Origin: Octopus vulgaris
Taxonomy: Eukaryota
Direction of reading: 5' to 3'
Assembly (NCBI GenBank): GCA_951406725.2
Contig: OX597822.1
Location: forward strand, 26,288,001 to 26,352,000
Length of the DNA stretch: 64,000 bases
How positions within the stretch are numbered: position 1 is the stretch's first letter; each line of letters starts with the position of its first letter. Under the pieces are notes generated by a model. It ran no database searches, was not told the origin of the DNA, and saw nothing but the letters and a program-made list of their open reading frames with translations. Below are positions 12,791 to 25,922 of the stretch, one piece after another. Position numbers and translations under genes: made by a program.

Positions 12791-13102
12791 GTAAGTTCTC
12801 AGTAAAGAGTCCACAGCCAAATTTTAATTCCCAAGTCACACACAGCCATTATGACTTTCTTTCCACAGTGAACTACTTCGGTTAAAAGCATGAACATTAC
12901 ATTTTCACTTTTGATTTTCAAGAGCCCATCCTTCACATCTGTAAGAGAATTATTTCAACTATTTAATGGTTTGTTTTTGGTGCTGTTTGTTTTTATTTGT
13001 TATTGAACTAATTTTCTTATGTCTTAAATGTTTCTTTGTTTCTTTTCTTAGACATGAATTCAATGATTGATTCGGTGTTGTTTTTGTTTTTGTTTCCTCC
13101 AG

Positions 13103-13262
13103 GTCATTTCTGTACTATGTGGAATAATTGCAGCCTTACTTCTCCTGTTTTCCATTTCTACCACAACATGGCTCGTGAACACTACAGAACGAAGAGGATT
13201 ATGGGAGAAATGTATAGTTTACTCTATGGAGTCTGTAGAGTGCGCAAAAAATGAAGCAGCAC
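13103..13262 (+). CDS. TMEM47: TMEM47-like / PMP22-EMP-claudin family tetraspan protein, internal coding exon (TM1 and first extracellular loop)
   Basis: Acceptor ttgtttcctccAG and donor c|GTGAGT. Encodes VISVLCGIIAALLLLFSISTTTWLVNTTERRGLWEKCIVYSMESVECAKNEAA, with the claudin-superfamily W-GLW-C-C signature. Ends in phase 1. Confidence 0.9.
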
Positions 13263-13338
13263 GTGAGTTCTCTCAGCCTTCATCTTGGTTTTTTTTTTTG
13301 TCTTTCAGGTTTTAAATGTTGACTATTATGCCTTGGTG

Positions 13339-13640
13339 GAGGCGCAATGGCCTAGTGGTTAGGGCAGCAGACTTGCAGTCGGAAGATTGCGGTTTCGATT
13401 CCCAGACCGGGCATTGTGTGTGTTTATTGAACAAAAATACTCAAAGCTCCATGAGGCTCCGGTAGGGGGTGGTTGCGACCCCTGTTGTACTCTTTCGCCA
13501 CAACTTTCTCTCACTCTCTCTTCCTGTTTCTTGAGTAACGCTGCGATGGACTGGCATCCCGTCCAGCTGGGGAAACAACATATATGCCACAGAAACCAGG
13601 AAACCAGGCCCATGAGCCTGGCTAGGCTTGAAAAGGGTGA
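13339..13640 (+). mobile_element. SINE family D (tRNA-like head ggaggcgcaatggcctagtggttagggcagc)
   Basis: A box tggcctagtgg and B box gtttcgattcc. Related copies at about 22465-22760, 46648-46770 and 54232-54460. Confidence 0.8.
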
Positions 13641-14015
13641 TGTTTATCGCATTTTATTATGCCTTGCAGTACAAATATACTCATTTATCACAGGGGTTTA
13701 GTCCCCACCTACTCAAAAAACACTATGATAAATGAATCTCTACGCATTTTGTATATGGTAAGTTCATTGACACCAAACTCATGGTCACAACAGCAAAGCT
13801 TCCAATGTCATGTATTTTCTTGATATCTACTTTTTCCTGTAGAGCAAGGGTTGGAAAACAGGGGTAAATTACCCTGAGTGGTGTAAAAATGAAATTCTTG
13901 CAGGTAATGAGGACTCAATTATATAAAAAAAACACATGATGGTATATATATATATACACACACACATACACTCACAGACACATACACATATATATGTATA
14001 TATTTATATATAAAT

Positions 14016-14078
<63 letters not shown>

Positions 14079-14146
14079 GTATACTTTGCATGTCTTGCAT
14101 TCATTGAGGAACACTGCTGATAAATATCTATCTACTTATATATATG

Positions 14147-14195
<49 letters not shown>

Positions 14196-14299
14196 ATGCA
14201 TGCATGCATGTATGCAAACAGTGAAAGGGGGAGGAAGAGAAATAGTAAGAGAAACGGTGAAAGATAAAGAATAAGGTATGGAACAAAAATATGTGTGTG

Positions 14300-14347
<48 letters not shown>

Positions 14348-14390
14348 AATATATGTGTGTGTGTGTGTGTATGTGTGTGTGTGTGTGTGT

Positions 14391-14431
14391 ATCACTACAA
14401 AAAGTGGTTTGCAGAATTGTTTGGCTCAGCA

Positions 14432-14486
<55 letters not shown>

Positions 14487-14530
14487 TGTATCACTACAAA
14501 CAGTGGTTTGCAGAATTGTTTGGCTCAGCA
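14391..14530. repeat. Duplication of about 42 bp of unique sequence separated by (TG)n
   Basis: atcactacaaa(a/c)agtggtttgcagaattgtttggctcagca occurs twice. Confidence 0.9.
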
Positions 14531-14976
14531 CAATGTACTGACAAGAGGATCTACTTATGCTTGAAAACAAAACTGAGGTCTTAGCATCAGAAAGTATATC
14601 TATTTATATTGTAACAATATATGTAAATATCTGAAATTACACGATAACATTCCACCTGAATTCTATGGCTAAATGGGCAGAAAATGGCATATATATATAT
14701 ATATATATATCATCATCATCATCATCATATATAAATATTCTTTTATTATCTCACTTGTTCAGTCATTTTGGCTGCAGTTATGTTGGAGCACCACCTTAAA
14801 GGGTTTTTTAGTCGAAAGAAATCAACCCCTGGACTTATTCTTTGTAAGCCTAGTACTTGTTCTATGGGTCTCTTTTGCTAAACTGCTAAGTTGCAGAGAC
14901 ATAAACACACCAACATCAGTAGTCAAGTGATGGTGGAGGGTGGAATAAACACAGACACGAGGACACACATGTATAA

Positions 14977-15033
<57 letters not shown>

Positions 15034-15206
15034 TATATATATATATATCATCATCATCATCATCGTCGTTTAACGTCCGTTCTCCATGCTAGCATGGGTT
15101 GGACGGTTCGACCGGGGTTCTGGGAAGCCAGAAGGCTGCACCAGGCTCCAGTCTAATCTGGCAATGTTTCTACAGCTGGATGCCCTTCCTAACGCCAACC
15201 ACTCCG

Positions 15207-15246
<40 letters not shown>

Positions 15247-15413
15247 TATATACGTGACAGTCTTCTTTCAGTTTCCATCTACTACATTTACTCACAAGGC
15301 TTTGGCCAACCTGAGGCTATAGTAGAAGAATTTGCCCAAGGTGCCATGCAGTGGGGTTGAACCCAGTACCATGTGGTTGGGAAGCAAGCTTCTTAATACA
15401 CAGCCACACCTGC

Positions 15414-15456
<43 letters not shown>

Positions 15457-15858
15457 TAAGATTCAGGTGAATAAGACACTTAAAGGTAAGGCAAAAGGTT
15501 AGGTCTGAGTTAAAATGCATACACAACAATTATAGACATATACCAAGGTTGGTACAGAAGTACTGGCAGAAGGATATTCAGGTTATGTATGCAATTAATT
15601 GAACCCAACGGAGCATATCATTAGCCCTTTGAGCTATTATATATAATGTTCATAATCTACTTCACATTATGCAAGGGGCAGGTTCCAAGAGAGGTGAATT
15701 ATAAACAAATAAATAACAAATGATGGACAGGTGTCATTTCTTTACAGCCGTTTCTAATAAATTTTTTAATTGATTATTGAGTATATTATACCATTATAAA
15801 GAACCATTTTCTTTACAATTAAAGGCATTTAAAAAATTTTAAACTTGCATGTTTAGTG

Positions 15859-15926
<68 letters not shown>

Positions 15927-16229
15927 TTTCTTGCATTTCTAGCTTTAAGTCCGAGGCAGAATAGTGACAGAGTTATTTTGCAAACCCATGTCATTTCACA
16001 TTTACCTCTACCACCACTCCGACCATCCAAATCATATAATTTGGTCAAATCCGAAATCCCAATTTTTGAGGATAAAATGGATTTGTACTGATATAGGGGA
16101 TTACTAGAAACATGCAAATGCTTTTGTATACTATTATGTCAAATGCAGTTACAGTGAATCATGATTAAGGGAAATAGCAAATGACATAGCTATGATGAGC
16201 ATGGCAAGTTAAACTTCCATGCATAATTT

Positions 16230-17150
16230 TAGCCACCAGAGTAAAATTTTGTGATAGAATTACTTCAGTGATTAACTGGCACCAAAATTTTATTGGCATT
16301 TCAAAAGTGTTGCATAAAAGTTACCAGCATATTGCAGAAAAATATCCTCATTTCAAACAAATATTCCCTCAGCCACCTATTGTAGCCCTTGGGTGCAATA
16401 AAAATGTAAGAGAAACATTAATCCCTTCCTCTAACTCCAAGAAAACTACCTTTGGAGTTTCTGAACGTGAAAAACTGCTGTAAAAGAGGTAAGCCTTGTT
16501 CATTGTGCAACAACTTGAGTCAAGTGAACTTCATCATGAATCATAACCAAAATGTTATGATTTATATGGAAGGTGGGATGTGTAAAGATTCCCATATGAT
16601 GAATGCAGTAGAATGCACCAAACACAACTTGATTTATGTAGGTTGTACAACAGAACAATTAAACAAAAGATTCAGTGGGCACAGGTATGACATCAGGCAT
16701 GATAGCAATAGTTCGACGGAACTTGCCAAACATTTTACATCAAACAGCTGCAATTTTGAGGAACACCTGAAAATGCACATTCTCAGAAAATAATCTGAAT
16801 CTACTGCACTTTCACTCCTCAAAATGCATGAGGACACATATATTTGTGAATTACTAACATTACACCCTGCAGGAATGAATAAAATGATGGGTGAATTTCA
16901 TCATATTTACACAAAACTGTTCAACTAAATATTCTTTTTCCTTTCTTTTTTTCTTTCCTTTTCCTTTCACCAGTTGCAAAATTGAAAACTGATGATGTCA
17001 TTCTATTAAAATAAGAATGCAGTATTTCTTTGTTTATATTTTGAATTTCTGTGTTTCTGTGGTTGTTTTCATTTTACATTTTGAACCTGAAGAAGACAGA
17101 TGATCTGTTGAAATATCATTCAAACCATTAAATAAACAATCTATTACAAA
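16230..17150 (+). mobile_element. Penelope-like retroelement (Neptune-type) degraded 3' portion with GIY-YIG
   Basis: FPQPPIVA..NKNVRETL, C..RGKPCSLC, CTKHNLIYVGCTTEQLNKRFSGHRYDI, LAKHF, YICELLTLHPAGMN. Frameshifted and contains stops. Confidence 0.85.
17080..17124 (+). ncRNA. Minimal type I hammerhead motif of the Neptune-type pLTR (probably degenerate)
   Basis: tttgaac-CTGAAGA-aGACAGAtgaTCTGTT-GAAA-TA-TC-attcaaa. The first stem I pair is a C.A mismatch. Confidence 0.6.
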
Positions 17151-17950
17151 TTGCATCACGCTTTTCTTATTGTCTATTCACTTTCATGAAGAGTTACATC
17201 AATCTTCATGTGCTGCCGGACTGGTTCCCATGCTGGTGCAACATGAAAAGCACCATACAAGTGTGACCGATGCCAGTGCTACCTGACTAGCTCCCATGCT
17301 GGTGGCACATAAAAAGTACCACCTGACTGGCCCTCATGCCAATGGCACATAAAAAGCACCCACTACACTCTAGGAGTGGTTGGCATTAGGAAAGGCATCC
17401 AGCTGTAGAAACATTGCCAGATTGGACTGGAGCTTGGTGCAGCCTCCTGTCTCGCTAGACCTCAGTCAAACCACCCAACCCATCCCAGCATAGAAAACAG
17501 ATGTTAAACGACAATGATGATGATGATGATAGATAGATAGATAGATAGATAGATAAACAAACAGACAGAAAGGCAGGTAGATAGATAGACAGAAAATCAG
17601 GCAGGCAGACAGACAAACAGATAGACAAACAGACAGATAGACAGATTTATGCACAAGCATGCAAACACGCGTGTGTGTATGTATACACATGACTGTTTTT
17701 ATTATGTATTCATATATCCATATACTGTATGAATATGTATATGCATATTTCTCTATATGTGCACGTGTGTGTGAGTGTGTGCATGTATGAGTGTGCACAC
17801 ATGTGCATGTATGAGTGTGCACACATGTGCATGTGTAACTATGCATATATTTGTCCATCTGGGTTGTCAAGATAACTTTCCTTTTAAACAATGATGCCAA
17901 CATCTACTTCTGGCACTAATAACCCAAGCAGTTGTGTAATTACATTAATA

Positions 17951-18347
17951 CTCTTTACTCTTTTACTCTTTTACTTGTTTCAGTCATTTGACTGTGGCCA
18001 TGCTGGAGCACCGCCTTTTAGTCGAGGAAATCAACCCCGGGATTAATTCTTTGTAAGCCCAGTACTTATTTTATTGGTCTCTTTTGCCGAACCGCTAAGT
18101 AACAGGGACGTAAACACACCAGCATCAGTTGTCAAGCAATGCTAGCGGGACAAACACAGACACACACACATATATATATACATATATACGACAGGCTTCT
18201 TTCAGTTTCCGTCTACCAAATCCACTCACAAGGTATTGGTCGGCCCGGGGCTATAGCAGAAGACACTTGCCCAAGATGCCACACAGTGGGACTGAACCCG
18301 GAACCATGTGATTGGTTAGCAAGCTACTTACCACACAGCCACTCCTG
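17951..18347 (-). mobile_element. SINE family A
   Basis: Reverse complement of the family consensus. Confidence 0.9.
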
Positions 18348-18496
18348 AAATATATAATTTTGATAATTTAATTATCTCATACAAAGTAAACAAAATTTGA
18401 TCATCATGTTTTTAATCACATCAACTTGCACATTTACTTACTTACAGACATAGCTATATAGGTATGGCATAGCGATACTGATACAGGCATGTGTAC

Positions 18497-19170
18497 ATCA
18501 TCATCATCATCATCATCATTGTTTAACGTCTGCTTTCCATGCTAGCATGGATTGGACGATTTTGACTGGGGGCTGGCGAACCAGATGGCTGCACCAGGCT
18601 CCAATCTTGATTTGGCAGAGTTTCTACAGCTGGATGCCCTTCCTAACACCAACCACTCCGAGAGTGTAGTGGGTGCTTTTTATGTGCCACCGGCATGGGG
18701 GCCAGTCAGGCAGTACTGGCAACAACCTAGCTTTAATCTTTTTACACATGCCACCAGCACAGGTGCCAGTAAGGCGACTTTGGTAATGATCACACTTGAA
18801 TGGTGCCTTTTTACGTGCCACTGGCACAGAAGCCAGTTGGCCGCTCTGGCAATGATCACGCTCGGATGGTGCTCTTGGCACCCTACTAGCACAGGCACAA
18901 GTGCCAGTAAGGCGACGCTGGTAACGATCGCGCTCAAATGGTGCCTTTTAAGTGCTACTGGCACGGAAGCCAGTTAGCTGCTCTGTCAATGATCATGCTT
19001 GTATGGTGCTCTTTGCACAGATGCCAGTCATCGAATTTGATTTTGATTTTGATTTTGATTTCACTTGCCTCCACAGGTCTTCGCAAGCAGAGTTTTAGTG
19101 TCCAAAGAAGGAAAAGGTACACATAAATGGGCTGGTTACACCCCTGGCATAGGCCATGAGATTATGGTAC
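18497..19170 (-). mobile_element. SINE family B (RTE-type 3' end, (TGA)n tail, internal tandem hairpin array of about 65 bp)
   Basis: Shared ggttggcgttaggaagggcatccagctgtagaaac..ccaacccatgctagcatggaaagcggacgttaaacgatgatg. Other copies at 3420-3700, 9482-9914, 15050-15210, 17210-17530, 19420-19620, 21277-21470, 35300-35545, 58350-58540 and 60621-61070. Confidence 0.85.
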
Positions 19171-19847
19171 ATGGTTGAGAAGCTATTTCTCAACCATAAG
19201 GTTTCAGTGTTCAGTCTCACTGTAAGGTACTGAGAGCAAGTGTCTTCCATTATAGCACCAGATTCACCAAAACTTTGTGAGACAGAAGCTGAAAGCTGCC
19301 TATCAATTATGCATGTGGGTAGTCTTCCACACATACAGGTTTGTACTTTCGGGTACTGGTGTCACTTAAAAAGCACCTTTTCTGGTGCTTCGTTAACATG
19401 ACTGTACTAGAGCTGCATTAACACACCTGAGCCAGTGGCATGTAAAAAGCACCCAGTACACTCTGCTATGTGGTTGGCATTAGGAAGGGCATCCAGCCAT
19501 AGAAACCATGCCAAAACAGACCACTGGAGTCTGGACTGCTCCCTGCTAGCCAGCTTCATGTCAAACCATCCAACACAGCATGGAGAGTAGACATTAAATA
19601 ATGATGATGACGATAATGATAATGATGATGGTGACGGTGATGACATCTACACTCACACACACACACACACACACACATATATGTATATATTTATATATAT
19701 GTAGTGTGTGTAGGTCAGATTTTTCTATGGTTGGCTGACTTATGTATATGAGTGGATAGCATCTTAGAGTGGAAACAGCTGTAAGCTAATTGAGTTCACC
19801 ACATAATTTCAAATTGCTTTGACATGTACTTAGTTTCATATTACAAT

Positions 19848-19922
<75 letters not shown>

Positions 19923-20651
19923 GTCTTTGAAATTTACTTTCTTGTTTATAAAATACCTCTGTGCTGATAAAGTTTGTTTATAAAAATGTTCCCTCATTCC
20001 AAAAAGCTATTCCTTAGCATTAAAATTGCTTGTAATTGTTGTCAGGCGTTGCTTAGCTTAGAGGTACAGAGCACTCAGCCAGTAACTGAGAGGTATGGAG
20101 TTCGATTCTCCATAGTCACCTGCTGGCAATGTTTTTCCATCTTCTAAAGGTGTACGACCAATCATTCCAGGTCGTTTTCACAGCTATACCACGTTTGAAA
20201 TTTACTTTCTTACCTGTAAAATATAAGGCTGAGTGGTAAGAAATTATGATGTGTAGGCATGGCTGTGTGGTAAGAAGCTTGCTTCCCAACCAAATGGTTC
20301 AATGTTCAGTCCCACTGCATGGCACCTTGGGCAAGTGTCATCTACTATAGCCTTGGGCTGACCAAAGTCTTATAAGTGGATTTTGTAGATGGAAACTGAA
20401 AGAATGCCATCGTATATATATATATATATATATATCTGTGTGTTTGTCCCCCACCACTACTTCACAACTGGTGTTTGTGTGTTTGAGTCCCTGTTACATA
20501 GCAGTTTGGCAAAAAAGATCGAAAGAATAAGTACCAAGTTAAAAAAATATTAGTACTGGGGTCAATTCATTTGACTAAAATTTCAAAGTGGTGCTCCAGC
20601 ATGGCTGCAGTCTAATGATTGAAACAAGTAAAAGATAAAAGATATATATAT

Positions 20652-21043
20652 TGGCTGTGTGGTAAGTAGCTTGCTAACCAACCACATGGTTCCGGGTTCA
20701 GTCCCACTGCGTGGCATCTTGGGCAAATGTCTTCTGCTATAGCCCCGGGCCAACCAATGCATTGTGAGTGGATTTGGTAGATGGAAACTGAAAGAAGCCT
20801 GTCGTATATATGTATATACATGTATGTGTGTGTTTGTGTGTCTGTGTTTGTCCCCCTAGCATTGCTTGACAACCAATGCTGGCGTGTTTACATCCCCGTC
20901 ACTTAGCGGTTCGGCAAAAGAGACCGATAGAATAAGTACTGGGCTTACAAAGAATAAGTCCCGGGGTCGATTTGCTCGACTGAAGGTGGTGCTCCAGCAT
21001 GGCCACAGTCAAATGACTGAAACAAGTAAAAGAGTAAAAGAGT
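20652..21043 (+). mobile_element. SINE family A (in tandem with an older copy at 20250-20640)
   Basis: Family consensus match. Confidence 0.9.
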
Positions 21044-22146
21044 ATATGTATATATATGTAAAATATACTGATGTGAATTTCACATAGCAAAATATTTTAT
21101 TTGCTAAAAATTTCAAAACCTAGGTATAACTGTAAAAAAATAACAAGGTAAAAGTTTTTATTTTTCATTCCCTTCGAAATTGCTCTTAAATGTGATTTTG
21201 GTCATTTTCACTGCTTCTTCTAGCATGTAAAAGTACCTGTTAAAGGTAGTTTCTCTTGTGTTTAAATGTACACGTCTGGCACCTGTGCGGGTGGCACGTA
21301 AAAAGCACCCACTACACTCACGGAGTGGTTGGCGTTAGGAAGGGCATCCAGCCGTAGAAACACTGCCAGATTTGACTGGGCCTGATGAAGCCTTCTGGCT
21401 TCACAGACCCCAGTAGAACCGTCCAACCCATGCTAGCATGGAAAACGGACGCTAAGCGATGATGATGATGTATATATATATATATATATATATACACATG
21501 CATCTGTGTGTGCATGTGTATGTATAGGTGGAGGTATGAAGATGTATGTGTTTGTGCATATTTGTGTCCTGAGTTCCTAAAATACATACACAGTATATCT
21601 GTTGTTTTTATGAAACCCAATTCTAAAAAACTTGATGTTGAGAAGGGTATCTCTTATATCACATTAACTCAAATATCTCATCCAACCCATGCCAGCTTGA
21701 CAAGATAAACATTAAAGAAACAATCATAATGATAACATGCTTTGTAATCCTAGTACTGATTCTATCAGTCTCTTTTGCCAAACTGCTAAGTAACGGGTAT
21801 GTAAACACACCAACATTGTTTGTCAAGCAATGGTGGGGGGTGGGAACAAACACAGACACACAAACATATACATATATATATATATATATGACAGGCTTCT
21901 TTCAGTTTCCATCTACTAAATCCACTCTCAAGGCTTTGGTTAGCCCAAGGCTATAGTAAAAGACACTTGCCCAAGGTGCCATGCAATGGGACTGAACCTG
22001 GAACCATGCTTAGTAAGCAAGCTACTTATCACACAGCCACTCCTGCACCTATATATATATGTATGTATGTATGTATGTATATGTATATGTATGTATATAT
22101 GTGTATGTATATATATTATAGGTATGTGTAGATATATATATATATA

Positions 22147-22442
22147 CTAGCAGTATCGCCTGGCGTTGCTCGGGTTTGTAAGGGAAATAACTATATAAGC
22201 ATTTTTAGAGAGTTATAGCCAAAAAATAGCAAAAAAATGCATTAAAAATGGAAAAAAAATGATGGTAAATTTTTTTTAAATCGTAGACTCATCGTAGACG
22301 CGCGCTAATATGCAGAAGGGCTCGATATGAATCACGACTATAAGATACCCGGTTTTGGTTCAACTGCACCGCAAAATGTGGGAGTAGTTAGGAATCTAAA
22401 TCGTAGGAGACAGACACACAACTTCACTTTTATGTATAAAGA
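22147..22442 (-). mobile_element. Non-autonomous Helitron
   Basis: The minus strand starts TC(tttatacataaaa) and ends with the hairpin cccgagcaacgccaggcg plus CTAG, inserted at A|T. Homologous to 55428-55933. Confidence 0.8.
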
Positions 22443-23508
22443 TATATATATATAATTTTATATGTGGAGGTGGATTGGCCCAGTGGTTAGAGCAGCAGAT
22501 TCGCGCTCATAGGATCACAGTTTCAATTCCCAGAAAGGTTGCTATGAGTGTTTATTGAGCAAAAAGACCTAAAGGTACACGCGGCTCTGGCGGTGGGGGC
22601 AAACTCTGCTGTACTCTTTCACCACCACTTTCTCTCACTCTTTCTTCCTGTTTCTGTCGTACCTGTATTTCAAAGGGCCAGCTTCATCCCACTTTGTATC
22701 ACACTAAGGGTACAGGTGTTTGTGGAGTGCTTAGCCACATGCACATTAATTTCGTGAGCACATGGTTCTGGGTTCAGTCCCACTGTGTGGCACCTTGAGC
22801 AAGTGACTTCTACTATAGCCTCAGGCCAACCAAAGCCTTATGAGTGGATTTTGTAGGTAGAAAGAAGCCTGTCGTATATATATGTATATATAAATGTGTG
22901 TGTCGGTTTATGTGTGTGTCTGTGTTTGTCCTCCCACCATTGCTTGACAACCGATGTTGGTGTATTCACGTCCCCATAACTTAGCAGTTTGGCAAAAGAA
23001 ACCAATAAAATAATTACTGGGCTTACAAAGAATAAGTCCTGGGGTTAGATTGTTTGACTAAAGGCGGTGCTCTAGCATGGCCGCTGTCAAAATGACTGAA
23101 ACAAATAAAAGAATAAAAGAATAAAAAGAACACATACATTCAGACATTTATTACTTAATACACATAAATCATAAATCATTATACTATATTATACACATCA
23201 TATATCCATAGTCTAATTGACAACATTAGATATCACATAAGTCATGTATTCGTGGTATATTTTTTTAGCAGTATATTTATTGCATAATATCTATTATTGT
23301 TTGTTGTCTTTGTCTTTTGTTTTCTTTTTTGTATTTCTTCTCATTTTCATTATCACATGATGCCCAATTATAGATCTCTAGTAATTTGATATCAGTATGT
23401 TCTACAATAACAAGCAAAACATAATAGAATAGGCAGGTCTTCCTTCCCTTCTACTGTCTGTCTCTTTCTCTCTCTTTCCTTATTTCTGTCTTAGTATCAC
23501 ATCAAGTT

Positions 23509-23509
<1 letters not shown>

Positions 23510-23542
<33 letters not shown>

Positions 23543-23623
23543 CACACACAGACTCACACACACACACATATATGTATAATATGTATACATGTGTGTGTGG
23601 GTCTTCTTTCTTCCTACACTTCA

Positions 23624-23660
<37 letters not shown>

Positions 23661-23733
23661 AACACATCAGGTTATTTTAATATAGGTATGTATTACGTAT
23701 ATACTCACACATATGTATGTGATGTATGTAATG

Positions 23734-23813
<80 letters not shown>

Positions 23814-23900
23814 CATATATAGAATCATGAATACATACATGCATACAAACATATATACATATACACACACATATATATATATGTATGTAAGTATGTATGC

Positions 23901-23938
<38 letters not shown>

Positions 23939-23962
23939 ATATGTATATATATATATATATAT

Positions 23963-24032
<70 letters not shown>

Positions 24033-24960
24033 GATGTTTTATGCATTTATTTTTTGTATTTTTTTTGTACACCAATAAATTCTTCTTACTGCAAGCTACC
24101 TTCACCTGGAGAATAAGCATAGGTAACCGTGTAATCTGAGACGTTGAATTAGAAGGAGCCACAAATCTAGGTTGCCGTAACTATGCAAGTATTACCAGCA
24201 ACTATTACTTATAATCAGTAACATACCAAAGGGATACTGGAGGTACTGAAACAAGATGTGCTCAACATTATATAATTAGAATAAAAAAAAAAAGTAAAAA
24301 ATTTGGGGTAGTTTTGCTTTGAGGGGTTTTGAGAATATTTTGCCTTTCGTTTACTTTTTTGGTGGGGTTTTTTCTTTCTGTTTTCTTTTTCAATGAATGT
24401 TGTTTGTTTAAACAACATGGTCTAAAAAAAAAAAATAGCAGCAGCTAAAACTAAAAATAGTAAACTTTGAATGTATGTATCAGTGTATGTGTGTGTGCAT
24501 ACATGCATTGATATGTACGTACATATATGCATACATACATACATACATACATCTATATATATATATATATTTATATAAATATATATATGTGTGTGTGTGC
24601 GTATGTGTGTGTGTGTATGTGTATGTCTGTGTGTATACATAGATACATATATCTATGTATACATATATAAATATATATGTAAGTTAGGATTAATATTCCT
24701 TCAAATAATAATCATATATATATATATACACACATACATATACTTACATATATATCTTTTTCAGATATACACATATTTATATATCTTCACACATACACAC
24801 ACACATGTATGTATATGTGTACATACTTACATATATAGATATGTATATATATACATATATATATGTGTGTGTATATGCATATATATATGTATATATATAT
24901 ATATGTGTGTGTGTGTATATATATACATATATATATATATTTACACGCACACATACATAT

Positions 24961-25009
<49 letters not shown>

Positions 25010-25190
25010 AAACTACATTTATATATACATACATATATAAATATAGTTGAAATTTATAGAAAAGCAAAAGACAAAGACAGGTGTATGAACAAGTAACTGT
25101 ATTAGTTTGACACTCGGGAAAATGAATATCTATTATATATATATATATATACACACACTCACACACACACATACACACACATATATAAAT
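23510..25190. repeat. Compound (TA)/(CA)/(CAT) microsatellite field (representative of dozens in the window)
   Basis: Directly visible; source of the [12 protein letters not shown] ORFs. The longest pure (TA)n is about 33713-33827. Confidence 0.95.
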
Positions 25191-25395
25191 CAAAGGTAGG
25201 ACAGAAAGAACACAACAAACGGAAACCAACAAAACACAACATGCGGAAAAAAAATAGATGATAGCACAACAAATGGAAAACAGGAGTCCGAAAAGCCCTT
25301 ATAGTTTTGCCCCCTTATCTCCAGACTTATTTTTCCATGTGTGTTTTGTTGGTTTCTGTTTGTTGTGTTCTTTCTGTCCCTACCTTTGATTTATA
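25184..25395. repeat. Inverted repeat, about 66-bp arms and 80-bp spacer
   Basis: tataaatcaaaggtaggacagaaagaacacaacaaac... pairs with ...gtttgttgtgttctttctgtccctacctttgatttata. Confidence 0.88.
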
Positions 25396-25552
25396 CATGA
25401 TTTATACATGCGGTTGTAGGGCAACAACATTTCACTGACATCTTTAGTTCAGTCCCACTGTGTGACACCTTGGGCAAGTGTCTTCTACTATAGCCTCGGG
25501 CTGACCAAAGCCTTATGAGTGGATTTGGTAGACGGAAACTGAAAGAAGCCCA

Positions 25553-25596
<44 letters not shown>

Positions 25597-25652
25597 TATA
25601 TGATCACGTGACCGACCACACCATCAGATGTTGTTAACAAATATCCTTGGTC

Positions 25653-25737
25653 ATTTTCGACATATGTTTCGAAGGCTGCATATTCCTAATTCCGAAGGAA
25701 TAAGGAGTACATTATGCAGATTTCTCATCAGGAAAAT
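25653..25737 (-). ncRNA. Intact-looking type I hammerhead ribozyme (same family as 6895-6979)
   Basis: Minus strand reads attttc-CTGATGA-GAAATCTGCATA...TATGCAGCCTTC-GAAA-CATATG-TC-gaaaat. GUC cleavage site; stem I extends with tccttg/caagga. Confidence 0.85.
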
Positions 25738-25881
25738 CAAGGAATAAGTTCCGCACGAAGACACGTATTCTATGCCCTAGGGACGTAGCTTCAACCGTGT
25801 TCTTTCTGATGTGAATTTGCTGCCCAGGTATCGGTTATCGAAACCGCGATCCTGCAGCCACGAGTCATTGCATTCAACACG

Positions 25882-25922
<41 letters not shown>

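Noticed and set aside
13339-13412. tRNA gene (also 54232 and 20043-20115)
   Set aside because: tRNA-like heads continue into SINE bodies or are degenerate; no intact cloverleaf.
18672-19030. CRISPR-like repeat-spacer appearance of the SINE-B array
   Set aside because: The apparent spacers are homologous to each other, the context is eukaryotic, and there are no cas genes.
18552-19126. Recurrent ORFs such as FLQLDALPNANH and KETDRISTRLTKNKS
   Set aside because: Translations of SINE-A and SINE-B copies, not a protein family.
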